Part shown: one piece after another, positions 19,213-27,830 of the stretch
Layout of the letters: each line of letters opens with the position of its first letter
How positions within the stretch are numbered: position 1 is the first letter of the stretch
Assembly: GCA_943356675.1 (NCBI GenBank)
Contig: CALRFQ010000004.1
Location: forward strand, 1 to 52,317
DNA from: Candidatus Nomurabacteria bacterium
GTDB taxonomy: Bacteria; Patescibacteriota; Minisyncoccia; Phycocordibacterales; UBA9973
Direction: 5' to 3'
DNA length: 52,317 nucleotides
Program-made: the position numbers and the translations under genes
The notes under the pieces: model-generated
What the model saw: only the letters and a program-made list of their open reading frames with translations
Told to the model about the DNA's origin: nothing
Database searches by the model: none

Positions 19213-19542
19213 ATGGTAGATTTAAAGGAATTACAAAAGGAAGTAATAAGAAATAAAATCGAAAAAGGCTTCAATACTAGTGATATGGCGCTTGAATTTT
19301 GCCGTGCTCATGAGGAACTCTCAGAAGCATTCTCAAAGTACAACAAGAATCAGGATGGTGTTGCGGAAGAGTTTGCTGATGTGGCGATATTTCTTCTCGG
19401 CATGTGTGAATCACTTGGCTACGACATGGAGAAAGAATTAGTTAGAAAGATTGAGATAAATAAAAATCGTAAATACATCAAGAGTAAATCTCCAGATGGT
19501 AAAGATGTTTTCATAAGAGTGAAGAGCGATATAGATCCCTGA
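19213..19542 (+). CDS. MazG-like nucleotide pyrophosphohydrolase
   Basis: HEELSE…EEFADV helix motif and KIEINKNR. Confidence 0.8.
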   Translation: MVDLKELQKEVIRNKIEKGFNTSDMALEFCRAHEELSEAFSKYNKNQDGVAEEFADVAIFLLGMCESLGYDMEKELVRKIEINKNRKYIKSKSPDGKDVFIRVKSDIDP

Positions 19543-19544
19543 AT

Positions 19545-19571
19545 AAAAAACAGCCTAACGGCTGTTTTTTT
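19545..19571. terminator. Bidirectional terminator overlapping the folA stop codon
   Basis: AAAAAACAGCC-taac-GGCTGTTTTTT. Confidence 0.8.
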
Positions 19572-20052
19572 CATAGAGTACAAAATCGCAATTGAAATTA
19601 TTTTTCTCATCATGTGTGTGTTGTTCGTGCGAGACTTCTTTCCAGAAGGCAGGGTCTATAATAGGGAAGAATGCATCGGCATCGAAGTTGCCATCCACAT
19701 GTGTGATATAGAGTCTGTCTGCATGGTCCATAGCTTGCTTGTATATCTCTGCGCCACCAATTATGAAGACTTCGTCATTTATATCGTATCTAAATAGATC
19801 TATCGCTTCTGTGAGAGAGTGCACTACTTCTACTCCTTCTGCCACATAGGAAACGTCACGAGTGATTACAATGTTTCTTCTGTTTGGCAGTGGTTTCCCA
19901 ATAGACTCGAAAGTTTTGCGTCCCATTATTACAGGGTGGCCACTTGTCGTATCACGGAAGTGCTTCATATCTATCGGCAAATCCCAAAGAAGTTCATTAT
20001 TCTTCCCGATGGCATTATTTTTACCGATAGCTACGATTATTGAAAGTATCAT
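19555..20052 (-). CDS. folA: Dihydrofolate reductase
   Basis: IGKNNELLWDLPIDMKHF, IMGRKTFESI, LPNRRNIV, IIGGAEIY, DAFFP. Confidence 0.97.
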   Translation of the reverse strand: MILSIIVAIGKNNAIGKNNELLWDLPIDMKHFRDTTSGHPVIMGRKTFESIGKPLPNRRNIVITRDVSYVAEGVEVVHSLTEAIDLFRYDINDEVFIIGGAEIYKQAMDHADRLYITHVDGNFDADAFFPIIDPAFWKEVSHEQHTHDEKNNFNCDFVLYEKNSR

Positions 20053-20053
20053 A

Positions 20054-20335
20054 TTATTTCTTATACATCTTATTTAAAACTTTCGCAAAGCCACCATTCT
20101 TGTCTTGAAGCTCTTTAGAACCTCTGGTAATTGTGCCGATACCAATCTTAAGATCTTCAGCAATAGCCCACTGTTTCTCACCTTTATAAAGCCTATGCAT
20201 TATCTCCCAGCGCTTCGGTAGGGCATTGTATTCGCGGGCAGTAAGTATATCTTCAAGGAATGAGTTAAGTAGTGTAGTGTCCTTCGCAGCCACCATAAAT
20301 GCTTTTATGAGTTCCTCTTTGTAAGTATTTTTCAT
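20054..20335 (-). CDS. TrpR/YerC family transcriptional repressor
   Basis: LTAREYNALPKRWEI…Q..IAEDLKIGIGTITRGSKEL. The 'TITRGS' recognition helix is identical to that of TrpR. 1 nt from folA, so likely co-transcribed. Confidence 0.85.
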   Translation of the reverse strand: MKNTYKEELIKAFMVAAKDTTLLNSFLEDILTAREYNALPKRWEIMHRLYKGEKQWAIAEDLKIGIGTITRGSKELQDKNGGFAKVLNKMYKK

Positions 20336-20374
20336 GTACCCAAATTATACTCCAAAAACCCAGAATTTAAAATA

Positions 20375-20392
20375 CTGCGTACTAGTACGCAG
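20375..20392. promoter_or_regulatory. Perfect 18-bp palindrome CTGCGTACTAGTACGCAG, candidate TrpR-family operator
   Basis: Lies just upstream of the promoter of the TrpR-like gene (-10 at 20344-20349, minus strand). Has an ACTAGT core. Confidence 0.6.
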
Positions 20393-20399
20393 GTATAAA

Positions 20400-20430
20400 A
20401 ATCCCCCGCTTGTTTAGGCCAGCAGGGGAC
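20400..20430 (-). terminator. Probable terminator of 20449..20781
   Basis: Imperfect TCCCCCGCT…AGCAGGGGA stem with a minus-strand T-run. Confidence 0.5.
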
Positions 20431-20448
20431 TCTATTTTTTAGAGAAAA

Positions 20449-20781
20449 TTAAATTTTCACTAGTACACCTTCGGCAATCCATCTATCGATAAATTCCTTC
20501 TCGAAAAAAAGTTTGAGTTCGAATATGAAATATCCGTCTTTTCTTTCTTCAAGATGGTATTCTTGACTGTAATTGATTTTGCCCTCTTCTGTGGATACAT
20601 GCCAGCCGGACCCAGTGTAATAATTAAATTTGGCATCTATTGTTGCCTTATATTTTTTGAAAGAACTAATATCAGGTAGTTCTTGTACCTGGTTTGAAGT
20701 TTTGATTTGGGAGCCTTCATTTACTCCTTCGAAACTTTGATCACCCTGACCTTCAGCTCCTGATATATGATTGATGCACAT
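20449..20781 (-). CDS. Hypothetical protein (110 aa)
   Basis: ORF from ATG 20781 (MCINHISG…), with its own promoter and terminator. No recognised motif. Confidence 0.55.
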   Translation of the reverse strand: MCINHISGAEGQGDQSFEGVNEGSQIKTSNQVQELPDISSFKKYKATIDAKFNYYTGSGWHVSTEEGKINYSQEYHLEERKDGYFIFELKLFFEKEFIDRWIAEGVLVKI

Positions 20782-20804
20782 GTACTTTTTAGGTAGCAAG
20801 TAAA

Positions 20805-20850
20805 TATACTTGCATACTAGTATACTAGTATGCAAGTATAAAAAATGCAA
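20805..20850 (-). promoter_or_regulatory. Promoter TTGCAT-N17-TAGTAT overlapped by a perfect 36-bp palindrome (20805-20840)
   Basis: TATACTTGCATACTAGTA|TACTAGTATGCAAGTATA, containing ACTAGT-AT-ACTAGT. Confidence 0.7.
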
Positions 20851-20855
20851 GGGGA

Positions 20856-20893
20856 TATAGAAAACAGCACATTGTATTGTGCTGTTTTCTATA
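20856..20893 (-). terminator. Terminator downstream of thyA
   Basis: TATAGAAAACAGCACA-ttgtat-TGTGCTGTTTTCTATA. Confidence 0.75.
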
Positions 20894-20914
20894 AGTAGGT
20901 TTGTCTGTATATTT

Positions 20915-21748
20915 TTATAGTGCTATTTCTAGGCCGTCGATAGGAGGGAGGGGATTGTATTGAGCTTGGAGGTCTCTTAGGATTTCGCCGACCAGTTCTT
21001 CATCTTTTGCCTCAGCACGCTTGAAGGTGTTCTCTGGTAAGTGCAGCTCTATATTCTTGTGGTCATTTGTGCGAGAGATTATTTCATTGGCACCTGCATA
21101 GTGGTTGTCGTAAATGTGAGCGTTTGAAATGGAATGTGTGTATATTCCAGGTTTCACTCCGAGGCGTTGCGCAATCATACATTGAAGAAGTGCGAAGCCG
21201 AAGGTGTCGAAAGGGCAACCGAGTATCATATCGTTTGAGCGGACGATGTTGTGCATATTGAGTCTGCCGCCGATTATGTTTATGGTGTATGTGTATGGGC
21301 AAGGCACGTTCTTCTTGGGTGTGCCTCCGTAGCCATCATCCTTTGGATCCCAAGTTACTATCACTCCATGTCGTGAGCTCGGTTCCTTCTCAAGGAGTTC
21401 TATCGCTTTGCCGAGTTGGTCACGACCGAAGTGGTTACGCCAGCGCCAGCCGTAAGCGGAAGAGAGTGTGCCATCTGGTTCTAGAAATGGGTCCCACATT
21501 TTTGTGAATTTACGAAGGAATGTAGTGTCTTTCTCGCCTTGCACAAACCACACTTGTTCCGCGATTGGGGACTTGAGCGGATTCTTTCTTAGAGTGAGCA
21601 CTGGGAAACCGTCCTTCTCTATGTCGAATTGGAAGGTGAGCCCTGGGATTGCTTTCGTCTTGTGCCCAGTGCGTTCATTGAGTTCTTCCACACCTTCTTC
21701 CATTATTCTCTTAATAATATTTTGGTAGATTGCATCAAATGTTGTCAT
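20915..21748 (-). CDS. thyA: Thymidylate synthase ThyA
   Basis: ERTGHKT, AYGWRWR, DQL, SRH, catalytic PC (NVPCPY), RSNDMILG.PF, NAHIYDNH. The real start is MTTFD at 21748, not 22057. Confidence 0.95.
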   Translation of the reverse strand: MTTFDAIYQNIIKRIMEEGVEELNERTGHKTKAIPGLTFQFDIEKDGFPVLTLRKNPLKSPIAEQVWFVQGEKDTTFLRKFTKMWDPFLEPDGTLSSAYGWRWRNHFGRDQLGKAIELLEKEPSSRHGVIVTWDPKDDGYGGTPKKNVPCPYTYTINIIGGRLNMHNIVRSNDMILGCPFDTFGFALLQCMIAQRLGVKPGIYTHSISNAHIYDNHYAGANEIISRTNDHKNIELHLPENTFKRAEAKDEELVGEILRDLQAQYNPLPPIDGLEIAL

Positions 21749-21778
21749 ATGTTCGATTATACAATAGAATATAAATAT
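21749..21778. promoter_or_regulatory. Back-to-back divergent -10 boxes in a 30-bp spacer
   Basis: Minus-strand TATAAT (21756-21761) lies 7 nt before the thyA ATG. Plus-strand TAGAAT (21765-21770) lies 8 nt before the deaminase ATG. Confidence 0.65.
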
Positions 21779-22267
21779 ATGGAAAACATTAAATACCCGT
21801 ATTTGCCGGAAGGGAAGACTATATTGTATGTGCCGATCTCGAATGTTTTCATGGCGGAAGCAAAGGAGTTTGCTCGGAATAATTCTCTTGATAAAGTAAT
21901 GCCCAATGCAAGTATCTTGGTGAAGGATGGTGTAGTTGCTGGCCGTGGTGCCAATGGAAGCACATATCACGAGACGCATGAGTGTGAGAGGGTGAAGCTC
22001 AAGATGCCAACTGGTGTGGGCTATGAACTCTGCGAAGGTTGCCACCCGAAGAATCATGGAGAGCCAAAGGCAATAAAAAATGCGATAGATAATGGATACG
22101 ATTCAAAAGGTGGAGACATATATCTATGGGGGCACTGGTGGTGCTGTGAGCCATGCTGGAATACTATGATAGAGAATGGGATTAAAGATGTGTATTTGCT
22201 CGAGGATAGTGAGGTGCTATTTAATCGTGAAAATCCTGAGAATGTGATAGGTCATCAATTTGAATAA
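21779..22267 (+). CDS. dCMP deaminase-like zinc-dependent deaminase
   Basis: GANG, CER…GYELC, HGE (HxE) and CEPC (CxxC). Start at MENIK 21779. Confidence 0.8.
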   Translation: MENIKYPYLPEGKTILYVPISNVFMAEAKEFARNNSLDKVMPNASILVKDGVVAGRGANGSTYHETHECERVKLKMPTGVGYELCEGCHPKNHGEPKAIKNAIDNGYDSKGGDIYLWGHWWCCEPCWNTMIENGIKDVYLLEDSEVLFNRENPENVIGHQFE

Positions 22268-22277
22268 AATTAGATGA

Positions 22278-22306
22278 AAAAGCTAGCTCATTGAGCTAGC
22301 TTTTTT
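22278..22306 (+). terminator. Intrinsic terminator
   Basis: AAAAGCTAGCTC-att-GAGCTAGCTTTTTT. Confidence 0.85.
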
Positions 22307-22359
22307 GTTTACTAGCCGTGTGCTAAAATGAGGCTATTATAAAATAACTTACAATTATT

Positions 22360-23610
22360 ATGAGTACACGAGATAACGAAGTTTTTGATGCAATTGCAGG
22401 GGAGGCTATTAGACAAAGAGATGGACTAGAACTTATTCCTTCTGAGAACTACGTGTCCAAGGCTGTGCTTGAGGCCAATGGTTCGATAATGACAAATAAA
22501 TATTCTGAAGGTTACCCAGGCCGCAGATACTATGGTGGTCAAGAATACACAGACATAGTGGAGAGAATAGCAATTGAAAGAATTTGTAAGTTATTTGATT
22601 GTAAGTTTGCAAATGTTCAGCCTCACTCTGGTGCTCCTGCGAACCTCGCAGTATACGCTGCTCTCCTTGAGCCGGGTGATACAGTGATGGGTATGGATCT
22701 ATCCCACGGAGGCCACCTCACTCACGGCCATCCGATGACTCTTCCTGCGAAGATATACAAATTCGTGACTTACAAAATGAAAGACCCAGAGACTGGCGAG
22801 ATTGATTACGATGATATGCTACGCGTGGCTCGTGAAGAAAAGCCAAAATTAATTATTGCTGGATTTTCTGCATACCCTCGAACTCTCAATTACAAAAAGT
22901 TTGTGGAGATTGCAAAAGAAGTGGGAGCTATCACCATGGCAGACATGGCGCACATAGCAGGGCTCATTGCTGGAAAGGCAGCACGCAATCCATTTGAAGA
23001 TGGATTCGACATCATCACTTCCACTACTCACAAGACTCTTCGTGGTCCACGCGGAGGAATAATCCTTACTCGTGAGAGTGAAGAGATTGCTAAGAAGATC
23101 GACAAATCTATCTTCCCAGGAATTCAAGGAGGTCCACATATGCACACGATAGCTGCGAAGGCAGTGGCATTTGGCGAAGCAATGACGCCGGCATATCAAG
23201 AATACGCACAGCAAATTCTTAAAAATGCTAAAGCAATGGAAGAAGTTCTCAAGAAGAATGGTGTGCGCATGATTGGAGGGGGGACAGACAATCATCTAAT
23301 TCTCGCTGATGTTTTCGGCTCACTCGGAGTTACTGGCAAGGAAGCGCAGACAGTGCTTGATGAAGTGGGAATTACTCTCAATATGAATTCCATCGCTGGG
23401 GACACTCGTAAACCTCTTGACCCATCCGGAATCCGCTTCGGCACTCCTGCTATCACAACTCGCGGATTTAAAGAAGCTGATTGTGCGGAAGTTGCTCAGC
23501 TACTCATCGACACTCTCAAGAATAAAGACAATGCTGATATGAAAGTTGAAATTAAAGCCAAGGTGAAAGCCATGGCACAGAAATTCCCAATACCAGAGAG
23601 TTTCGTATAA
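22360..23610 (+). CDS. glyA: Serine hydroxymethyltransferase
   Basis: LIPSENY, NKYSEGYPGRRYYGG, GGHLTHG, and the PLP lysine motif TTHKTLRGPRGG. Confidence 0.98.
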   Translation: MSTRDNEVFDAIAGEAIRQRDGLELIPSENYVSKAVLEANGSIMTNKYSEGYPGRRYYGGQEYTDIVERIAIERICKLFDCKFANVQPHSGAPANLAVYAALLEPGDTVMGMDLSHGGHLTHGHPMTLPAKIYKFVTYKMKDPETGEIDYDDMLRVAREEKPKLIIAGFSAYPRTLNYKKFVEIAKEVGAITMADMAHIAGLIAGKAARNPFEDGFDIITSTTHKTLRGPRGGIILTRESEEIAKKIDKSIFPGIQGGPHMHTIAAKAVAFGEAMTPAYQEYAQQILKNAKAMEEVLKKNGVRMIGGGTDNHLILADVFGSLGVTGKEAQTVLDEVGITLNMNSIAGDTRKPLDPSGIRFGTPAITTRGFKEADCAEVAQLLIDTLKNKDNADMKVEIKAKVKAMAQKFPIPESFV

Positions 23611-23620
23611 TAACATTTAA

Positions 23621-24490
23621 ATGAAAATCCCGACAAAGAAATTAAAAGATGGTTTTGAAATGCCTATATATGGTCTTGGTACTTGGCAGATGGGAGGGAG
23701 AAATGAACGTGATCTTAATAATGATGACGAGGCTGATATTTTAGCAATTAGGAATGCTATAGATGCCGGGATTGCTCATATCGACACGGCAGAACTTTAT
23801 GCAAATGGTTACACTGAAATTCTAGTCGGTAAAGCCTTAGTGGGTTATGACAGATCAAAAATTTTCTTAGTTTCTAAGGTCCAGCAAAAAAACTTGAGTT
23901 ATGAAAATATTTTAAATTCATGTAAACAAAGTCTTGAAAGATTAGGTACAAACTATTTAGACCTCTATCTTCTTCATAGATACAATAAGGATATCCCACT
24001 TCAGGATTCTATTAGAGCTCTCGATAAGCTTGTTGAGGATGGGCTGGTTAAACATATAGGAGTATGTAATTTTAACAAAGAACATTTAGCTGAAGCTCAG
24101 AGTTATACTAAAAACAAAATTGTTTGCGATCAAGTGCATTTAAATTTAATGTTTCGAGAACCAGAAAAGACTGGACTACTTGAATATTGCCAGAATAACG
24201 ATATTTTCTTAAATGCATGGAGACCTGTGGGTAAGGGTAATTTACTAGAGAATATTCCTTCAGTATTGCAGGAAATGTGTGATAAATACAATAAGACTCC
24301 TTCCCAGATTGCTATAAATTGGTTAATAGCACAACCTAATGTAATTACACTTTCTAAAACACGCAACTCCGCTCATTTAGAAGAGAATCTAGGTGCTTTA
24401 GAATTTGAAATGGATACTGGTGATATTGAGCGCTTGCGAACTGAATACCCAAACCAAAAGTACATATCAGACGCTGTTCCTCTTGAATAA
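23621..24490 (+). CDS. Aldo/keto reductase
   Basis: GLGTWQMG, IDTAELY, SK, LDLYLLH, GVCNF. Confidence 0.95.
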   Translation: MKIPTKKLKDGFEMPIYGLGTWQMGGRNERDLNNDDEADILAIRNAIDAGIAHIDTAELYANGYTEILVGKALVGYDRSKIFLVSKVQQKNLSYENILNSCKQSLERLGTNYLDLYLLHRYNKDIPLQDSIRALDKLVEDGLVKHIGVCNFNKEHLAEAQSYTKNKIVCDQVHLNLMFREPEKTGLLEYCQNNDIFLNAWRPVGKGNLLENIPSVLQEMCDKYNKTPSQIAINWLIAQPNVITLSKTRNSAHLEENLGALEFEMDTGDIERLRTEYPNQKYISDAVPLE

Positions 24491-24493
24491 TAT

Positions 24494-24904
24494 ATGAAAA
24501 TCTTTATTTGCTCATCTAAATATTTCTATAAGGACATACCGCCTATTAAGGAATTCTTAGAGAGTAAGGGTCATATAATTACGCTTCCGAATAGCTATGA
24601 TAATCCTGGTATGGAAGACAAGATGAGGAATATCAGCCAAGAGGAGCATTCAGCTTGGAAAGGTGAAATGCTTAGACTTCAAAAAGAGAAGGTTCGAGAT
24701 TGTGATGCTATTCTAGTTTTAAATTTGGAGAAAAATGGGCAGAAGAATTATGTTGGTGGCGCAACCTTCCTTGAGGTTTACATGGCTTTTGATTTTCAGA
24801 AGAAGATTTTCCTATACAATGACTTCCCAGACAATATTTTGCGTGATGAGCTTGTGGGAATGAATCCAACAATAATTAATGGAAATTTAGAATTAATACA
24901 ATAA
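24494..24904 (+). CDS. Nucleoside 2-deoxyribosyltransferase-like fold protein
   Basis: CDAILVLN…YVGGATFLEVYMAF pattern (D…G.T..E…A), resembling NDT/nucleotide N-glycosidases. Confidence 0.55.
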   Translation: MKIFICSSKYFYKDIPPIKEFLESKGHIITLPNSYDNPGMEDKMRNISQEEHSAWKGEMLRLQKEKVRDCDAILVLNLEKNGQKNYVGGATFLEVYMAFDFQKKIFLYNDFPDNILRDELVGMNPTIINGNLELIQ

Positions 24905-24907
24905 TTT

Positions 24908-25474
24908 ATGATTGAAGTTGAGAAAAATTTCCAGCCGACAGAGGATCAGCTTGCGAAGATGCTTGCTGATTCTGAGTTTGTTAGTAATAAAATTCTGCAT
25001 GATATTTATTATGACTTTGAAGATGCTCGACTTTTTCGAGGGTATGTGAAATTTAGATCAAGAAATGGAGTTTATGAATTAAAAATTAAAAATCAAGAAG
25101 GTGGTAATATAGAAGCAAAGTCAGAAACTGAGATTGAAGATGTAGAAGAAATAAAGAAATATTTTAATACTAAAAAAGACTTGAAGGAATTCGTCGAGAC
25201 TGAAATGGTTTTATGGAGTAACTACGAAAACGATCGAACTGAATATCATAATGGTGATTTCGTGATTGATATAGATAAATTAAGCTATGGCTACGGTATG
25301 GTGGAGATAGAGCTTATGGTGGATAGTATTGATAAAGTTGCAGATGCTGAAGATAAAATTATAAATTTTGCCAAGAAATATGATTTCGAAATTAAAGATG
25401 TCCCATCCAAAGGTATCTCTTATTTTAAAATGGTGAAACCAGAGCTGTATAAGAAATATTATCTAAAAGAATAA
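24908..25474 (+). CDS. CYTH (triphosphate tunnel metalloenzyme) domain protein
   Basis: N-terminal EVEKNF (ExExK), DIYYD, R.R…ELK, VEIE. Confidence 0.85.
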   Translation: MIEVEKNFQPTEDQLAKMLADSEFVSNKILHDIYYDFEDARLFRGYVKFRSRNGVYELKIKNQEGGNIEAKSETEIEDVEEIKKYFNTKKDLKEFVETEMVLWSNYENDRTEYHNGDFVIDIDKLSYGYGMVEIELMVDSIDKVADAEDKIINFAKKYDFEIKDVPSKGISYFKMVKPELYKKYYLKE

Positions 25475-25477
25475 AAT

Positions 25478-25957
25478 ATGGCACACATTCATGAAAAAAT
25501 AGATTATTGCGCAGAGGCATTCATTGTTTATAAGAATAAAGTTCTTCTTCGTATGCATGACAAATACAAATTTTGGCTTTCTGTAGGAGGGCACATAGAG
25601 CTTGATGAAGATCCAGTGGAAGCTGTGATAAGAGAAGCAAAAGAAGAAGTGGGTTTAGATATAGAAATAGTGGGTGATTGCCCAGCACAAGATAATACAC
25701 CAGAGAACAGAGGTTATCAATATATAACTGCACCTCGCTACCTAGGCAGGCATCCAGTAAAGGAAAATCATGAGCACGTTGTTTTCGTATATTTTGCTAA
25801 ATCTTCAACGGACTTAGTTTCCGACTCAGTCCTTGATCATGAGAAGGGTGTGGAGACGAAGTGGTTCTCTATGGAAGACCTTGAGAATACAGAGCTCGTG
25901 CCAAATGTAAAATTTTATGCGACTGAAGCCTTAAAAGCGCTTGGTGATACAGAATAA
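25478..25957 (+). CDS. NUDIX hydrolase
   Basis: Nudix box GGHIELDEDPVEAVIREAKEEVGL. Confidence 0.93.
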   Translation: MAHIHEKIDYCAEAFIVYKNKVLLRMHDKYKFWLSVGGHIELDEDPVEAVIREAKEEVGLDIEIVGDCPAQDNTPENRGYQYITAPRYLGRHPVKENHEHVVFVYFAKSSTDLVSDSVLDHEKGVETKWFSMEDLENTELVPNVKFYATEALKALGDTE

Positions 25958-25990
25958 GACAATAGAACCTTATTGTGATAAAGTTAGTAT

Positions 25991-26641
25991 ATGAAAGAAA
26001 TGCTACATATTCCTAGGCAAATACTTATACTCTTTGTAGTTATAGCGCTACTTATTTTCGGCAGGATAATATTCTCTGGCTCACAATATTATTTATTTCT
26101 ATTTTGGAATATATTCTTGGCATTTGTGCCATTTGTGATTAGTCGAATCGTGTCCCTCATATCGAAGAAGGATGATTCTAAATACATAGGGGTGCTTATA
26201 GCTGGAGCTTTCCTTTGGCTTATCACTTTCCCAAATGCGCCATACTTGGTGACGGACGTTATACACTTGGGTCATAATCGCCTGATGCCTGTGTGGTACG
26301 ATGCGATCCTACTTTTCCTCACAGCTTGGGTTGGAATGCTTTTTACTTTCTATTCACTCTCTAATATCGAAAAGTCACTCCGAACTAAATTCTCACAAAT
26401 AAAAACAGAGGTGATACTAGGCCTCGCTATCTTACTATCTAGTTTTGGTATATATTTAGGTAGATTCCTAAGATGGAATAGCTGGGATGTGATAACGAAT
26501 CCGACTGAGCTCACTTTTGATATCTTAGACATATTCATGCATCCAAGTCGTCATGGGGAAGCGTTTGGCTTTACTATCGTAATGCTCATATTTATATCTG
26601 TGTCGTATTATGCATGGAAAAGTGGGCATGAAAATAAATAA
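25991..26641 (+). CDS. DUF1361 family membrane protein
   Basis: WNIFLAFVP, FPNAPYLVTD.IHL, GIYLGRFLRWNSWD. Confidence 0.9.
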   Translation: MKEMLHIPRQILILFVVIALLIFGRIIFSGSQYYLFLFWNIFLAFVPFVISRIVSLISKKDDSKYIGVLIAGAFLWLITFPNAPYLVTDVIHLGHNRLMPVWYDAILLFLTAWVGMLFTFYSLSNIEKSLRTKFSQIKTEVILGLAILLSSFGIYLGRFLRWNSWDVITNPTELTFDILDIFMHPSRHGEAFGFTIVMLIFISVSYYAWKSGHENK

Positions 26642-26645
26642 ATAT

Positions 26646-27344
26646 ATGATAAAAAATAAAAAAGGAAAACTAATTGTAATAGATGGCACGGATGGAAGTG
26701 GGAAGAAGACACAAGTGGATTTACTAATGAAGCATTTGTCTAGCGAGGGGTATAAGGTGAAGATGGTAGACTTTCCGGATTACTCTTCAAATTTCTTTGG
26801 AGAATTCATCGGGCACTGCCTCTCTGAGCAATACTTCAACTTCGTAAATGTGCATCCGAAGATTGCTTCGGTCCTATACGCGGCAGATAGATTTGAAACG
26901 AAAGAGAAGATGGAGAAATGGCTAAATGACGGATTTATAATTATTGCGAACCGCTATGTGAGTGCAAACCAGATCCACCAAGGAGGAAAGATAAAGAATG
27001 CGAAAAAGCGCCAAGCATTTATCGAGTGGCTCGATGAGATGGAATACAAAGTTTTTAAAATTCCAAGACCAAATGTAGTTTTCTATTTAGATATTCCGAT
27101 TAATATTACAAAAAGGCTTCTTAAAGAGAGAAATAAAAGTACTTCACGATCCTACTTAGGGAAGAAGAAGGATGTTCACGAGAAAGATTTCTCATTTCTA
27201 GAAAATTCTAGAAAGAGCGCGGTTTGGCTCGCAAAGACTCAAAAGAATTATGTGCAAATCGATTGCGTTTCGAAAAATGTTCTCCGCACTCGCGAGGACA
27301 TACATGAAGAACTGTATAAAAAAGTAGGGAAGCTTTTAAAGTAA
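26646..27344 (+). CDS. tmk: Thymidylate kinase
   Basis: IDGTDGSGKKTQ P-loop, YAADR, NRYVSANQIHQG. The start could also be 26628. Confidence 0.88.
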   Translation: MIKNKKGKLIVIDGTDGSGKKTQVDLLMKHLSSEGYKVKMVDFPDYSSNFFGEFIGHCLSEQYFNFVNVHPKIASVLYAADRFETKEKMEKWLNDGFIIIANRYVSANQIHQGGKIKNAKKRQAFIEWLDEMEYKVFKIPRPNVVFYLDIPINITKRLLKERNKSTSRSYLGKKKDVHEKDFSFLENSRKSAVWLAKTQKNYVQIDCVSKNVLRTREDIHEELYKKVGKLLK

Positions 27345-27350
27345 CTTCTG

Positions 27351-27378
27351 TTGACAAAATTCAAAATAAGCGTAGTAT
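27351..27378 (+). promoter_or_regulatory. Promoter TTGACA-N16-TAGTAT
   Basis: Consensus -35 box just after the tmk stop. Confidence 0.55.
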
Positions 27379-27405
27379 GAGGGTAAATTTTTAACCCCAA
27401 ATAGT

Positions 27406-27750
27406 ATGACTAGCATTGATTCAACCCTGCTCCCATTAAGGAACTTTTTCCTTTATTTGCTTATTAATAATAAATTACAGATTGAGGAGATCTACAGCAT
27501 CCTCTATAATCGGAAATTTATTAAAGAGAGCGAGTTCGAGGAATTCCAGCGCATAGATATATTGCCAAAATATACCGATATCGCTGAGGCTGCTATGCAC
27601 CCTGAGAATTTCTTATTAGTTCAAAAGATTTTTACAAAATTTTCAGAGTTATTGGGTAATGACACCCTCTATCATGGCTTTGTGAATTATCAGAAAATTC
27701 ACGATGTCATATTCACTAAAGATTACTTTAATCCAGTAATCGAAAAATAA
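27406..27750 (+). CDS. Hypothetical protein (114 aa)
   Basis: ORF flanked by its own promoter and terminator. No recognised motif. Confidence 0.6.
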   Translation: MTSIDSTLLPLRNFFLYLLINNKLQIEEIYSILYNRKFIKESEFEEFQRIDILPKYTDIAEAAMHPENFLLVQKIFTKFSELLGNDTLYHGFVNYQKIHDVIFTKDYFNPVIEK

Positions 27751-27775
27751 AAGACAATTTATATTGTCGCAATAG

Positions 27776-27797
27776 AAGGCTTACCTAAGCCTTTTTT
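27776..27797 (+). terminator. Intrinsic terminator
   Basis: AAGGCTTA-cc-TAAGCCTT followed by a T-run. Confidence 0.7.
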
Positions 27798-27830
27798 GTT
27801 TGCCTGCCATAAATGCTATAATCACCACAT

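Noticed and set aside
1975-19542. DUF475/TerC, PRTase-like, ATP-grasp and MazG-like genes as a Ter-type stress system
   Set aside because: The genes are many kb apart in separate transcription units, and no TerD/TerB genes are present.
21749-22057. N-terminal extensions of the thyA ORF (to 22057) and the deaminase ORF (from 21629) suggesting a large antisense overlap
   Set aside because: Recognisable homology starts at MTTFD (21748) and MENIK (21779), each with its own -10 box. The extensions are just open antisense frames.
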